From positions 24,422 to 88,421 of IMG/VR virus record IMGVR_UViG_2757320666_000001: a stretch of 64,000 nucleotides of DNA. One strand, 5' to 3'. The position numbers were made by a program, and so were the translations under genes. The DNA comes from a virus (lineage: Duplodnaviria > Caudoviricetes). The notes below the pieces were generated by a model. It was not told where the DNA came from, made no database searches, and saw only the letters and a program-made list of their open reading frames with translations. Below, in pieces: positions 1-9,517 of the stretch; positions within the stretch are counted from its first letter, which is position 1; each line of letters begins with the position of its first letter.

Positions 1-2
1 AA

Positions 3-3000
3 AAACCAGAAAAATTCCAAGATAATACAACAGGTGATTGGGATATTTCAAAATTTAATTTGTTTAAAATTTATAAAACAATACCTAATTTTGATGATGT
101 TGAAGTATTAAACAATGGAGGTAATTTATTATCAGGTAGTTATAATTTTTCTATTCAGTATTTAGATGAAGATTTGAATCCTACAGAATTTATTACAAGT
201 AGTGAAACAGTACAAGTATATAATAGTGATTTCACATTACCTTATAGAGATGTAAGAGGTTCAACTAATACTGTAACTGAATATCAAAATTTTGGTAGGT
301 CAGATAAAGCTATAAAAATAACATTATCTAATTTAGATGAAACTTTTCCTTTTTATAGATTAGCTATCACAGAAGCTACAGGAGGTACAGGACAGATTAC
401 TGATACAAAATTTACACAAGAAATATCTACTCAAAATACTGTATTTACATATACAGGAAATAATTATGAATCTTCTGGTACTCAATCAGATGTATTAGTA
501 TTTAAAAATATTATAGAAAAAGCAGGAAGTATTGAGCAAGTAGAAAATACTTTATTACTTGGTAATGTAAAAGGTAAAGAAGTAAATCTTTGTAATTTAC
601 AGAAATATGCAAGTAAGATATGTGCTGATATGGTTACTAAAAAAGTTGCACTAAATCAACTTATTGATGGTAACAGTAAACATACTTCTGTTAATTTAGA
701 AGGTTTAGGTTACATGCCTGGAGAAATATATTCTTTTGGTATTGTATATATTTTTGATGATAATACTTTAACACCTGTTTATCATATTCCTGGTAAAAGT
801 AATTTGATTCCAGCAGATACTATTTTTGATGCTGGTCAGAATATACATCCAATGGCACTTAACAATACAAGTGCTGATAATTCATATACTGATAATGATA
901 GTTGTGGAGGAGTAAATTATTGGGGAGTAGATTCAGAAGGTACTCAATTAACAGGACAATTAGTTAGACATCATAGATTTCCATTAAGAACAGATGTAAA
1001 TATACCTTTGTTAGAAAGAGTAAATACAAACACAACAACAAATGTATTTAAGAGAATAAAAGTAAATATAGCAGGAAGCATTCCTACACCTACAACTTGT
1101 CCATTAGTTGATGAACCAGGATATGACCCAGCTTGTGTTCCTGTTATTGCTAATACTTTTCAGTATAATCTTAATTATACTATAGATGGTGGAACTAATT
1201 TATATGAGTTTATAGGACAAGTAAAACCTTCTGATTATGCAAGTAGTAGTGCTTCTCATATAATATCTGAAAATGATTATTCTAATATTATAGTTGCTAC
1301 ATTAGTAAGTTTTAGTACACTTGATGAAAGTCAAGAAAATGGAGATATATTAAGAATTATAGGTACAATAGCTGGAGGAATTTTTACAGCTATATCTACT
1401 AATGGAGATTTAATAGACCCAGTTACAAATTTACCTACTGGTACAATAAAACCTGGTAGAGGTTTAACTTATACAGTAGAATTATCTAATGATATAGTTG
1501 AAACAAAAGATGAGCAATTTACCTCTGATATTTTTGGTATCCACTTTTCTAATATAGAAATTCCTTCTGAATTAGAATTAAATGGTAATAAAATCATTGG
1601 TTACTATATTGTTAGAAATGAAAGAATTGAAGATGAAAAAACTATATTAGATAGTGCTGTATTAACTTCTACTGTGCAAAATGCACAATTTGTATCTTCT
1701 GGTTTATTGATGCCTGAAATGGACAATGATTCAAGAATTAAGAAAGATATAGTTAGTATAATAAATCCAGAGTTTAAATTCAATGAAAAAAAATATAAGA
1801 ATGTAACTAAAATAATTCAACAAGGTAGTTTTAAAAGAACAGAAGCTATACACAGTAGAACAAAAATTATTGATGTTCAAGATGGTAATTCATATCAAAG
1901 TGGTATGAAAGATGCTGAAAATGGTAGATTTCAAGGTAATGGTAATAATGGTCCTGATGGATTCTTATTACAAATAAAATCAAGAGATAACATTACAACT
2001 TTTACAGATAAAAAAGATTTTGAAATTGATGCTTCTAAAATAAAAGAAATTTTCTTTTTACCAGCATTAGGAGATAAGTTAATTCAAGATTCTGCTGATG
2101 TTGGTGTAGATGTATTTAATCTTGCTTGTGATAATAAAGTAGGTATAATGTCATTAAATGAAAATATAAATTTTCCTATTGTAAATGATGTACCTTATGT
2201 TTATTTAGTAAAAGATAATGCTAATCCTTATAATAATTTTAGATTAACTCCTTATTATAAAGAAACTTTAAATCCAATTTATTTTACATCAACAGAATCA
2301 AGTTGTGATGTATTCAATGGAGATAGTTATATTACACCAATAAGATATACAAACAGTATATTTTATGATAACAGGTTAAGAAAAAGAGCAGCTAAAACAT
2401 CTGTTTGGAATTATATTGCAGCAGCACTTTTAGTAATTGTAGCTGTTGTAATTGCTATTTTTACTTGGGGAGCAGGTACAGCAGGAAGTATAGCTTTAAT
2501 TGGTGTAGCAGCAGCTATGGTAGGTGGTGCAGCAGCACTTGTGGCTTCTGGTATAAAACAAGATGCTTGGGCAAGAGCATATAGTGATTTATATGATAAA
2601 GGTTTGAGAGAAACTATTGTAGATAATTACATTTTATATGATTCAGACCCTGGTAATGGAGAACAAAGAGGTTTTGCTAAAAATCCACCAGATGATGAAA
2701 TTCAATGGTTAGGAGAATGTTTAAATCTTTGGTTTGAATCTAATGTAAATATGAATTTAAGACAAGGTGCTACTGATAATACACCTGACTTTCTTAATGC
2801 ACCAGGTAATAGAGAATTAGGAACATCTTATGGAGAATGGGATGAAGAATATTTTGGAATACATTCAGTTGGTTCAAGAGAAATTGCTCCTACAAATTCT
2901 TTAGATATTCACATGGTTAAAAAATTAACTTATTTGAATAGTGAAAGAAAAGGAGGAAGAGCTTATATAGGACTTGCCCTTGCTGAAATATATCAAATTA

Positions 3001-5456
3001 ATCAAGATTATAAAAGAAGAAATAAAGAAAAAATATATAATCATTTACCTTTGGAATATGATTGCTGTTCAGATTGTACTGAAACATTTCCTCATAGATT
3101 GCATTGGTCTCAACAAGCATTTCAAGAAGAATTGACTGATAATTTTAGAAACTTTTTACCTAATAATTATAAAGATATTGAAGGAGAAACAGGTGTAATA
3201 ACTGACTTGTTTAGAATCCAAAACAATCTTTATATTCATACAGAAGAAGCTCTGTGGCATCAACCACAAAACTTCCAAGAAAGAGTAACAGATAATATTA
3301 TTTCTTTTATTGGAACAGGAGAATATTTTAATATACCACCAAGAAAAATTGTTGATGATAATAATAGTTCTTCTGGTAATACTCATAAGTGGGGTAGATT
3401 GAAAACAAAAAATGGAGTATTGTTTCCTTGTCATAAAGAGAAAAAATGGTACTTATTTAATGGACAATCTCTTCAACCAATTTCTGATACATACAACTCT
3501 AATTATTTTAGAGAAAATATGAAATTTAGAATGGCTGAAAGTTATTATAATGCTAATCACATTAATTATCCATATAATAATAATCCATCAAATCCAATAG
3601 GAGTTGGTTATATTTCAACTTATGATACAAAAAAAGAAAGATTGATTATAACTAAAAAAGATTTTGATATTGCTGGTTTACCTGATGGAGATTATCAATT
3701 ATGCAATGAAGGTTTAGGAACAGTAATATTTCCTAATTTATCACAAATTATTGCTAATAGATTAGCTAATGGTTGGCATTATGTTGGTATAGAAAATTGT
3801 AAGTTAAAATTTGAAAAAGTAGTTCTTGAAACAAGAATAGAAATAAGAACAATAACTACGAATGTTCCTAATAATAGTAATATAGTTATACAGTTTGATA
3901 GGTCAGGTAGTTTTGGTAATGCTGGAGTTGCTAATGTTAAAGTAGCTGTATTAGCTTGGTTTACACAATTTAAAATTGATAATCCAACATTTACAGGAAG
4001 ATTAATTTATGTTTTAGCTGTTGAAAGATGTAGTGGTCAAGCATGGTTAAGTGTATTAAGATGGTTACAAAACAGTCAGCAAGTATTTTTAGTAGATAAT
4101 ACAGCAAATCCTTTAATTGGAATAGAAACACCTATAACAAATTTTAATACTATAAGTAGAAATATAATTATAGTTTCTACTGTAAATGAAGCAGCTATAA
4201 ATAGTTGTGGGGGTACTGGAGAATATCATACAAGTGGTATCAGTAATCCTACAGATGCTCCTTCTACAGAATATATTAATGATTTTAATGATTATAACAC
4301 AAGATATGATGCATTGATTGCTGCTGGATATAGCATTCATGGATTACAATATCCTATTGTTTATACAAGTATTCCTGGTCCTACAAGAGGTATGTTACAA
4401 CATAGTATATCTGCTATTACAGGTAGAACATTGAATGCAACAGAATTAGCTTTTTTAGCAGCTAATATTAACCCTTTTGTTCCAACAGGAGATTATGCTT
4501 TATTATTAACAGTATTAGCAGGAGTAAATCCATATCCATCAGGTTTAAGTCAAAGAAATTGGCAATATAAACATACAAGAGGTTGGGATGGTACTGGAGA
4601 TATAATTAGTCCTTTACAATTTGCTACTGATATAAATGGTTTTCTTGGAAGTTTAACTACAACAACACAAGTTGAAGTAGAAGTACAAATACCAGTATTA
4701 ACTTATGAATATGAAGAAGGTGTACCTTTAGAAACAAATCTATTAAATAATAGTTTTACAATGAGTTACTCATTGAAAGATACTAAATGGATTTCTTGGC
4801 ATTCATATTTACCAAGTTTCTATATGCATGTTCAAGAGAAGTTTTATTCTTGGAAAGAAGGTTTGAGTAATATATGGAGACATGGTAGAAGAAATCACTA
4901 TCAAAATTTTTATGGAGAAAGACATCCTTTTATAGTAGAATATGTTGATAATTCAAATGCATTAATTAGTAAAATATATGATGCAATTAAATTTCAAACA
5001 GAAGCTAAAGAATATGATGTAAATACAGATAGTTATATTGATAAAAGATTTATTACATTTAATAAAGTTCTGGCTTATAATACTCATCAAATAAGTGGTA
5101 TTCTTGATATGCTGGTAAAAGATGTTGATTTAGAATATATGAACAATCAAGTAGAAAATTCAGCAGGATTTATAAATCTTGATAGAAATGAAAGAGATTG
5201 GTGTATTAATGATTTAAGAGATTTATCTGTAAATCCTAATGTATCAATATTCAATAAAAATTTAACAAGTTTACAAGCTGATTATTTTATAGATAAAATA
5301 GTTAATAGTAATAGGATTGACTATAATAAGGATTGGACTGAAATGGAAAGTTTTAGAGATAAATTCATGGTGGTTAGATTCATATTTGATACCTTTGACA
5401 CCACAAGATTAATTATGAACTTCTCTGTGCAAGATTCAAAAGTATCTGAAAGATAA
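3..5456 (+). CDS. Large tail protein, crAss-like 'stabilization/muzzle'-type, 5'-truncated by the window edge; contains an inserted VWA-like domain
   Basis: The frame is open from nt 3 (KPEKFQDNTTGDWDISKFNLFK...), so the TTG at 60 is not the true start. It precedes the cargo/RNAP genes as in crAss-like phages, and the C-terminal part (WISWHSYLP, YDAIKF, ERDWCINDLRD, FRDKFMVVRF) resembles tail stabilization proteins. DRSGS MIDAS-type motif at 3897-3911; hydrophobic hairpin at 2406-2552. Confidence 0.65.
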   Translation, partial: KPEKFQDNTTGDWDISKFNLFKIYKTIPNFDDVEVLNNGGNLLSGSYNFSIQYLDEDLNPTEFITSSETVQVYNSDFTLPYRDVRGSTNTVTEYQNFGRSDKAIKITLSNLDETFPFYRLAITEATGGTGQITDTKFTQEISTQNTVFTYTGNNYESSGTQSDVLVFKNIIEKAGSIEQVENTLLLGNVKGKEVNLCNLQKYASKICADMVTKKVALNQLIDGNSKHTSVNLEGLGYMPGEIYSFGIVYIFDDNTLTPVYHIPGKSNLIPADTIFDAGQNIHPMALNNTSADNSYTDNDSCGGVNYWGVDSEGTQLTGQLVRHHRFPLRTDVNIPLLERVNTNTTTNVFKRIKVNIAGSIPTPTTCPLVDEPGYDPACVPVIANTFQYNLNYTIDGGTNLYEFIGQVKPSDYASSSASHIISENDYSNIIVATLVSFSTLDESQENGDILRIIGTIAGGIFTAISTNGDLIDPVTNLPTGTIKPGRGLTYTVELSNDIVETKDEQFTSDIFGIHFSNIEIPSELELNGNKIIGYYIVRNERIEDEKTILDSAVLTSTVQNAQFVSSGLLMPEMDNDSRIKKDIVSIINPEFKFNEKKYKNVTKIIQQGSFKRTEAIHSRTKIIDVQDGNSYQSGMKDAENGRFQGNGNNGPDGFLLQIKSRDNITTFTDKKDFEIDASKIKEIFFLPALGDKLIQDSADVGVDVFNLACDNKVGIMSLNENINFPIVNDVPYVYLVKDNANPYNNFRLTPYYKETLNPIYFTSTESSCDVFNGDSYITPIRYTNSIFYDNRLRKRAAKTSVWNYIAAALLVIVAVVIAIFTWGAGTAGSIALIGVAAAMVGGAAALVASGIKQDAWARAYSDLYDKGLRETIVDNYILYDSDPGNGEQRGFAKNPPDDEIQWLGECLNLWFESNVNMNLRQGATDNTPDFLNAPGNRELGTSYGEWDEEYFGIHSVGSREIAPTNSLDIHMVKKLTYLNSERKGGRAYIGLALAEIYQINQDYKRRNKEKIYNHLPLEYDCCSDCTETFPHRLHWSQQAFQEELTDNFRNFLPNNYKDIEGETGVITDLFRIQNNLYIHTEEALWHQPQNFQERVTDNIISFIGTGEYFNIPPRKIVDDNNSSSGNTHKWGRLKTKNGVLFPCHKEKKWYLFNGQSLQPISDTYNSNYFRENMKFRMAESYYNANHINYPYNNNPSNPIGVGYISTYDTKKERLIITKKDFDIAGLPDGDYQLCNEGLGTVIFPNLSQIIANRLANGWHYVGIENCKLKFEKVVLETRIEIRTITTNVPNNSNIVIQFDRSGSFGNAGVANVKVAVLAWFTQFKIDNPTFTGRLIYVLAVERCSGQAWLSVLRWLQNSQQVFLVDNTANPLIGIETPITNFNTISRNIIIVSTVNEAAINSCGGTGEYHTSGISNPTDAPSTEYINDFNDYNTRYDALIAAGYSIHGLQYPIVYTSIPGPTRGMLQHSISAITGRTLNATELAFLAANINPFVPTGDYALLLTVLAGVNPYPSGLSQRNWQYKHTRGWDGTGDIISPLQFATDINGFLGSLTTTTQVEVEVQIPVLTYEYEEGVPLETNLLNNSFTMSYSLKDTKWISWHSYLPSFYMHVQEKFYSWKEGLSNIWRHGRRNHYQNFYGERHPFIVEYVDNSNALISKIYDAIKFQTEAKEYDVNTDSYIDKRFITFNKVLAYNTHQISGILDMLVKDVDLEYMNNQVENSAGFINLDRNERDWCINDLRDLSVNPNVSIFNKNLTSLQADYFIDKIVNSNRIDYNKDWTEMESFRDKFMVVRFIFDTFDTTRLIMNFSVQDSKVSER

Positions 5457-5490
5457 TAAATATTAATCTGTATAAAAATTCATTTTTATT

Positions 5491-7287
5491 ATGAAAAAAA
5501 AATGTGCTACTAAAAAGAAATATGGTTATGGCTCAAGTGGAGTTGGTAGTAACTATATAGAAAATCCTGCTACAACTATAGCTAAAGGAGATATAATGAA
5601 TGCAGAAGCAGAAAGAAAAGCTGCTAATAATCCCTGGATTCCTATTACTTTAATGGCTGGTCAATTAGCTTCAACAGCTATTTCTGCTGGAGCAGGAAAA
5701 AGTGGTGCTAAAACAGGAGCAACAGATTTTACAGTAACAGGACAAGATACTGCTATAAATATACCTAATGAAGGAATGTCTCCTATACAACAACAATTCG
5801 TAAATGCTATGGGTAATAGTAATGCACAAGGTAATGTTGAAGTAGAAGGTAAAGAAGTTATTGAAACACCAGCAGGAGAAGTAGCAGAAGTAGAAGGTGC
5901 TTCACATGAACAAGGTGGTGTAAATATGAATGTTCCAGAAGGAACTAAAATTTATTCAAAAAGAATAGAAAAATTTGGAGAAACTATGGCTGAAAGAAAA
6001 ATAGCCAGAGAGAGAAAATTAACTAATCTTAATAAATTATTAGAAAATTCTAAAGGAGATATTGCTGTAAAAAATGCTCATGCGAGAAGTATAGAAGCTC
6101 TTAATGAACAAGAACAAGCTGATTTACAAACACAAGAAATGTATGGAGTTATAGCTGCTGTACATGAATTTGCTTTTGGTACAGATGAGAATGGAGTAAG
6201 AAAATATGGTGGTGGTACAGGACCAGGAGGAATAGAGTATGATGAATTTGGTAATCCAATTATAAAAGATTTACTTCAAAGTCAAATGATTACTCCAGGT
6301 GTAGTTGGTACTGCAAAATCGGTAAATAAAAAATATGCTACTGTACAAAATAAACCAGAAGCTCCTGATTACATGAAGAATTTACAATCTTCACCTGTAT
6401 TAAGTTTTGCTAATAACTTTGGAGAAACTTTACCAGAAAATAAAGATTATGGAGCAGGAGAATTTATAAAAGGATTTGATAAAGGTGAACCTGATACTAT
6501 ATCTTTAACTGATGAAGAAGTATTGAATAAAGGTGGTAAATATGATGGATATTCTAATCCTGAATTAGCACCAGAAGAAACAAGTATAGATAAACCAGGA
6601 AGTGTAGCAAGTAGATTTATAGATGGTGCTGGAAAATTTGTAGATAAGTCAGGTTTTAAAATGCCTGGTACTGGAGATTTAATTGGATTAGCAGGAGATG
6701 CAATATCAGCTTTTGCTCCAATGAAAAATACTTTAGAAAATAGAGCAGGAGATACTCCTAACATAAATGCTTTTAAAGATTTTGGAAAAGATGCTTTAGA
6801 AGCTAATTTAGCTGCTATGGAAATGAGTGCTGGTCAAAAAGCAGAAGCATTAAGAAAAATAACAGCAAGTGCTAATGGAGCAAAAAGAATTGGTAGAAAT
6901 TCAGCAAGAGGTATAAATCAAATGAGAGCATTGGATTTAGCAACTGATATAAATTCAAATGAAGCAAATCAAGGTGCTGTTGATAGTTTCCAAAGAACTA
7001 TGCAAGAATTACTTGGTCAGAAAGCTGGTTTAGAAAATCAACAAGACCAAATGGTAATGAATGGGGAACAAGAAAGAGATTTGAATGATAGAAAAGATAG
7101 AGATAATTTTTACACACAATTAGGTAAAGATAAATCTACTATGGGAGAAGGAGTTCAACATATTGGTAAAGATTTGAATGCTATAAAACAAAATGATATG
7201 ATGACAAATGTTATCAATCAATTATCTAAATATGGATTAGCTTTTGATGAAAAAGGTAATCTAATAGAAAAACCTAAAACAACATAA
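5491..7287 (+). CDS. Virion internal cargo/ejection protein
   Basis: 598 aa, Gly/Ala-rich and helical, with an EVEGKEVIETP..G..HEQGGV segment of the kind seen in crAss-like cargo proteins; lies between the tail gene and the virion RNAP. Confidence 0.55.
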   Translation: MKKKCATKKKYGYGSSGVGSNYIENPATTIAKGDIMNAEAERKAANNPWIPITLMAGQLASTAISAGAGKSGAKTGATDFTVTGQDTAINIPNEGMSPIQQQFVNAMGNSNAQGNVEVEGKEVIETPAGEVAEVEGASHEQGGVNMNVPEGTKIYSKRIEKFGETMAERKIARERKLTNLNKLLENSKGDIAVKNAHARSIEALNEQEQADLQTQEMYGVIAAVHEFAFGTDENGVRKYGGGTGPGGIEYDEFGNPIIKDLLQSQMITPGVVGTAKSVNKKYATVQNKPEAPDYMKNLQSSPVLSFANNFGETLPENKDYGAGEFIKGFDKGEPDTISLTDEEVLNKGGKYDGYSNPELAPEETSIDKPGSVASRFIDGAGKFVDKSGFKMPGTGDLIGLAGDAISAFAPMKNTLENRAGDTPNINAFKDFGKDALEANLAAMEMSAGQKAEALRKITASANGAKRIGRNSARGINQMRALDLATDINSNEANQGAVDSFQRTMQELLGQKAGLENQQDQMVMNGEQERDLNDRKDRDNFYTQLGKDKSTMGEGVQHIGKDLNAIKQNDMMTNVINQLSKYGLAFDEKGNLIEKPKTT

Positions 7288-7290
7288 GAA

Positions 7291-9489
7291 ATGGGAAGAT
7301 TTTATCAAACATCAGATGCTAAATTTGTAGATAACAAAATGTTTGAAGCACCTCATCAACTAATGGCACAGGTACTTCAAAATAAAGATAAGGAAATTGA
7401 TACAGAAATTACTTCTGCAACTGCTTATTTGGATAAACTAAAAGCTGATGTATTAACTCAAGATAGTCCAGAATTACAACAAGAAATAAAAAACTATGAA
7501 GCTAAAATTACTGGTATAGTTGATAATATAAGAAATAATCCTCTTAATTATAATAAATATAGTTCAGATATAATGCATTTGGGTAGAGATATAAATGCTA
7601 ACTGGACTACAGGTAAGATTGGTACAATGCAACAATATAAAAAAAATGTAGTTGCTGAATATGATAAATTAGATGAATTAGCAAAGAAAGACCCTAAAAA
7701 ATATGATGCTGCTTATATAGCTGCTGAAAAAGCTAATATACTTGCTAAATACAAAGGTGTTAATTGGAATGCTGATATGAATAAAGCAGGAGCTTCTCCT
7801 GATATTCAAAATGCTTATTATGCTGCTGATTTTGATGATAAGTTTTTAGAACACATGAAAGCAAGTGGTTATTCTGTAGAAAAAGATACAAGAGGAGGAA
7901 ATGGTTACATTTATAGACACAAAGAAGGAGGTAAACAATTAACTAAAGAAGAGATAGCTAATGCTATGTATTCTCAATTAAATGCAGATAATGATTATCA
8001 ACAAGCTGTTGAGAGAAGAAAACAATTAGGTGTTAGTGGTTATGAAAATGCAGATTTGAGTAAAGCCTATGTTTATGAAAAAAATGAAAAAGGTATTCCT
8101 CAATTTAAAGGTTTTAATAATGACCATTATGGCAAAATGATAAATGCTGCTGCTCAAACTTATTCACATAAAGACACAGAAGTATCAGATACTATTCATA
8201 ATGATGAAGGATATTGGAAAACTTGGGATAGAGCTAATAAATTAGCTGATGATGCTAAAGAAGAAGCTGAAAATGTAAATACAAGTTATGAATCTGTATA
8301 TCAAGTAGGTACTAACTCTTCATCTAATTTTCAGAAAACTCTTACTCAAACTAATCAAAATCTTGGTGCTATTCAAGATAATATTAATACTCAAATTAAA
8401 AACTTAAAAGTTAAGCCTGGTAGTGATATGGAAAAACTTATCAAAAAAGGTAATGTTCAAGCTATGGTTGCTGCTGGTATGTCAGAAGCAAGTGCTATAG
8501 AATTATCTTCTCAATATAAGTCAGAATTAACTAAAAAGAATTTATTAAATGCTCAAGCTCAAGGATTTATAGAATATGCTAAAAAGACAGGAAGAAAATT
8601 TGATACTACTAAAAATGGTTGGTTAAATGACCCTAATGCTCAAAAAGCATATAATGAATATTTAACTGTAAATGGTACTAAAGAAAAAAATAATGTTAAA
8701 GAAAATTTAGTAACTTTAAATGGTATAGGTTTAAATAAAAATACAATAACAGAATTAAAAGGTGTTATAGAACAAAGATTTGATGATGTTGCATTTAATA
8801 TAGACCAAACAGTAAAAGGTTCTCAATTAAAATTTGAAGATAAGAATGGTAATGAAATAGTTTATGTTGCTGCAAATGATAAAAGAGCAGGTAAAACTGA
8901 AAAAGTCAAAGCAGGAATAAAACCTGCTGTTGAAACAGGTTACTTTGATTTCAAATTAGATAAACCAGCAGAACAATTATATAAAACAAGAACCTATAAA
9001 GTTGCTCCTGGAGGTAAATTGTCTGTATCTCAATTAATTAGTGAAGGTGGTATAGAACAAAGAACTAACAAAGAAGGTAAAAAAATATATATTACAAGAC
9101 AAAATGGTAAAGAAGTTGGTTTACAAGTAGATGAAAAAACAGTTGGTTTAGATATGGCATTAGATAATGCTGGTCAAAGTAATTTAGGTATGAGTGTACA
9201 AATTGGAGATTATAGATTACCAGCATTGGTTTCTACTAATCAAATCAGTACACCAAGTATAGATAATTTTGTTTCTAAAAATAGACCAGAAATGGAATGG
9301 AGAAAAACAATGAATCATACTAATATTAATACATTAGGTAGGAGAACTGTTCCAGCTATGAATGGAGAATCTTATGAAACAGACCATGGAAAAGCATATA
9401 TTATTCATAAAGATGGAAGTAGAACTCAATTACTTAAATCAGAAGAAATAGATAAAGTACATCAAATTATTTATTCTGAACAAAATTAA
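7291..9489 (+). CDS. Virion internal cargo/ejection protein
   Basis: 732-aa ORF starting 3 nt after the previous stop; position immediately upstream of the giant RNAP gene. Confidence 0.5.
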   Translation: MGRFYQTSDAKFVDNKMFEAPHQLMAQVLQNKDKEIDTEITSATAYLDKLKADVLTQDSPELQQEIKNYEAKITGIVDNIRNNPLNYNKYSSDIMHLGRDINANWTTGKIGTMQQYKKNVVAEYDKLDELAKKDPKKYDAAYIAAEKANILAKYKGVNWNADMNKAGASPDIQNAYYAADFDDKFLEHMKASGYSVEKDTRGGNGYIYRHKEGGKQLTKEEIANAMYSQLNADNDYQQAVERRKQLGVSGYENADLSKAYVYEKNEKGIPQFKGFNNDHYGKMINAAAQTYSHKDTEVSDTIHNDEGYWKTWDRANKLADDAKEEAENVNTSYESVYQVGTNSSSNFQKTLTQTNQNLGAIQDNINTQIKNLKVKPGSDMEKLIKKGNVQAMVAAGMSEASAIELSSQYKSELTKKNLLNAQAQGFIEYAKKTGRKFDTTKNGWLNDPNAQKAYNEYLTVNGTKEKNNVKENLVTLNGIGLNKNTITELKGVIEQRFDDVAFNIDQTVKGSQLKFEDKNGNEIVYVAANDKRAGKTEKVKAGIKPAVETGYFDFKLDKPAEQLYKTRTYKVAPGGKLSVSQLISEGGIEQRTNKEGKKIYITRQNGKEVGLQVDEKTVGLDMALDNAGQSNLGMSVQIGDYRLPALVSTNQISTPSIDNFVSKNRPEMEWRKTMNHTNINTLGRRTVPAMNGESYETDHGKAYIIHKDGSRTQLLKSEEIDKVHQIIYSEQN

Positions 9490-9492
9490 TCT

Positions 9493-9500
9493 TATATTTG
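9493..9500 (+). promoter_or_regulatory. Bacteroidetes-type -7 promoter element (TAnnTTTG) upstream of the RNAP gene
   Basis: TATATTTG followed by TAAAAAAATAAATTTAT-ATG; nearly the same context recurs at 22389. Confidence 0.55.
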
Positions 9501-9517
9501 TAAAAAAATAAATTTAT

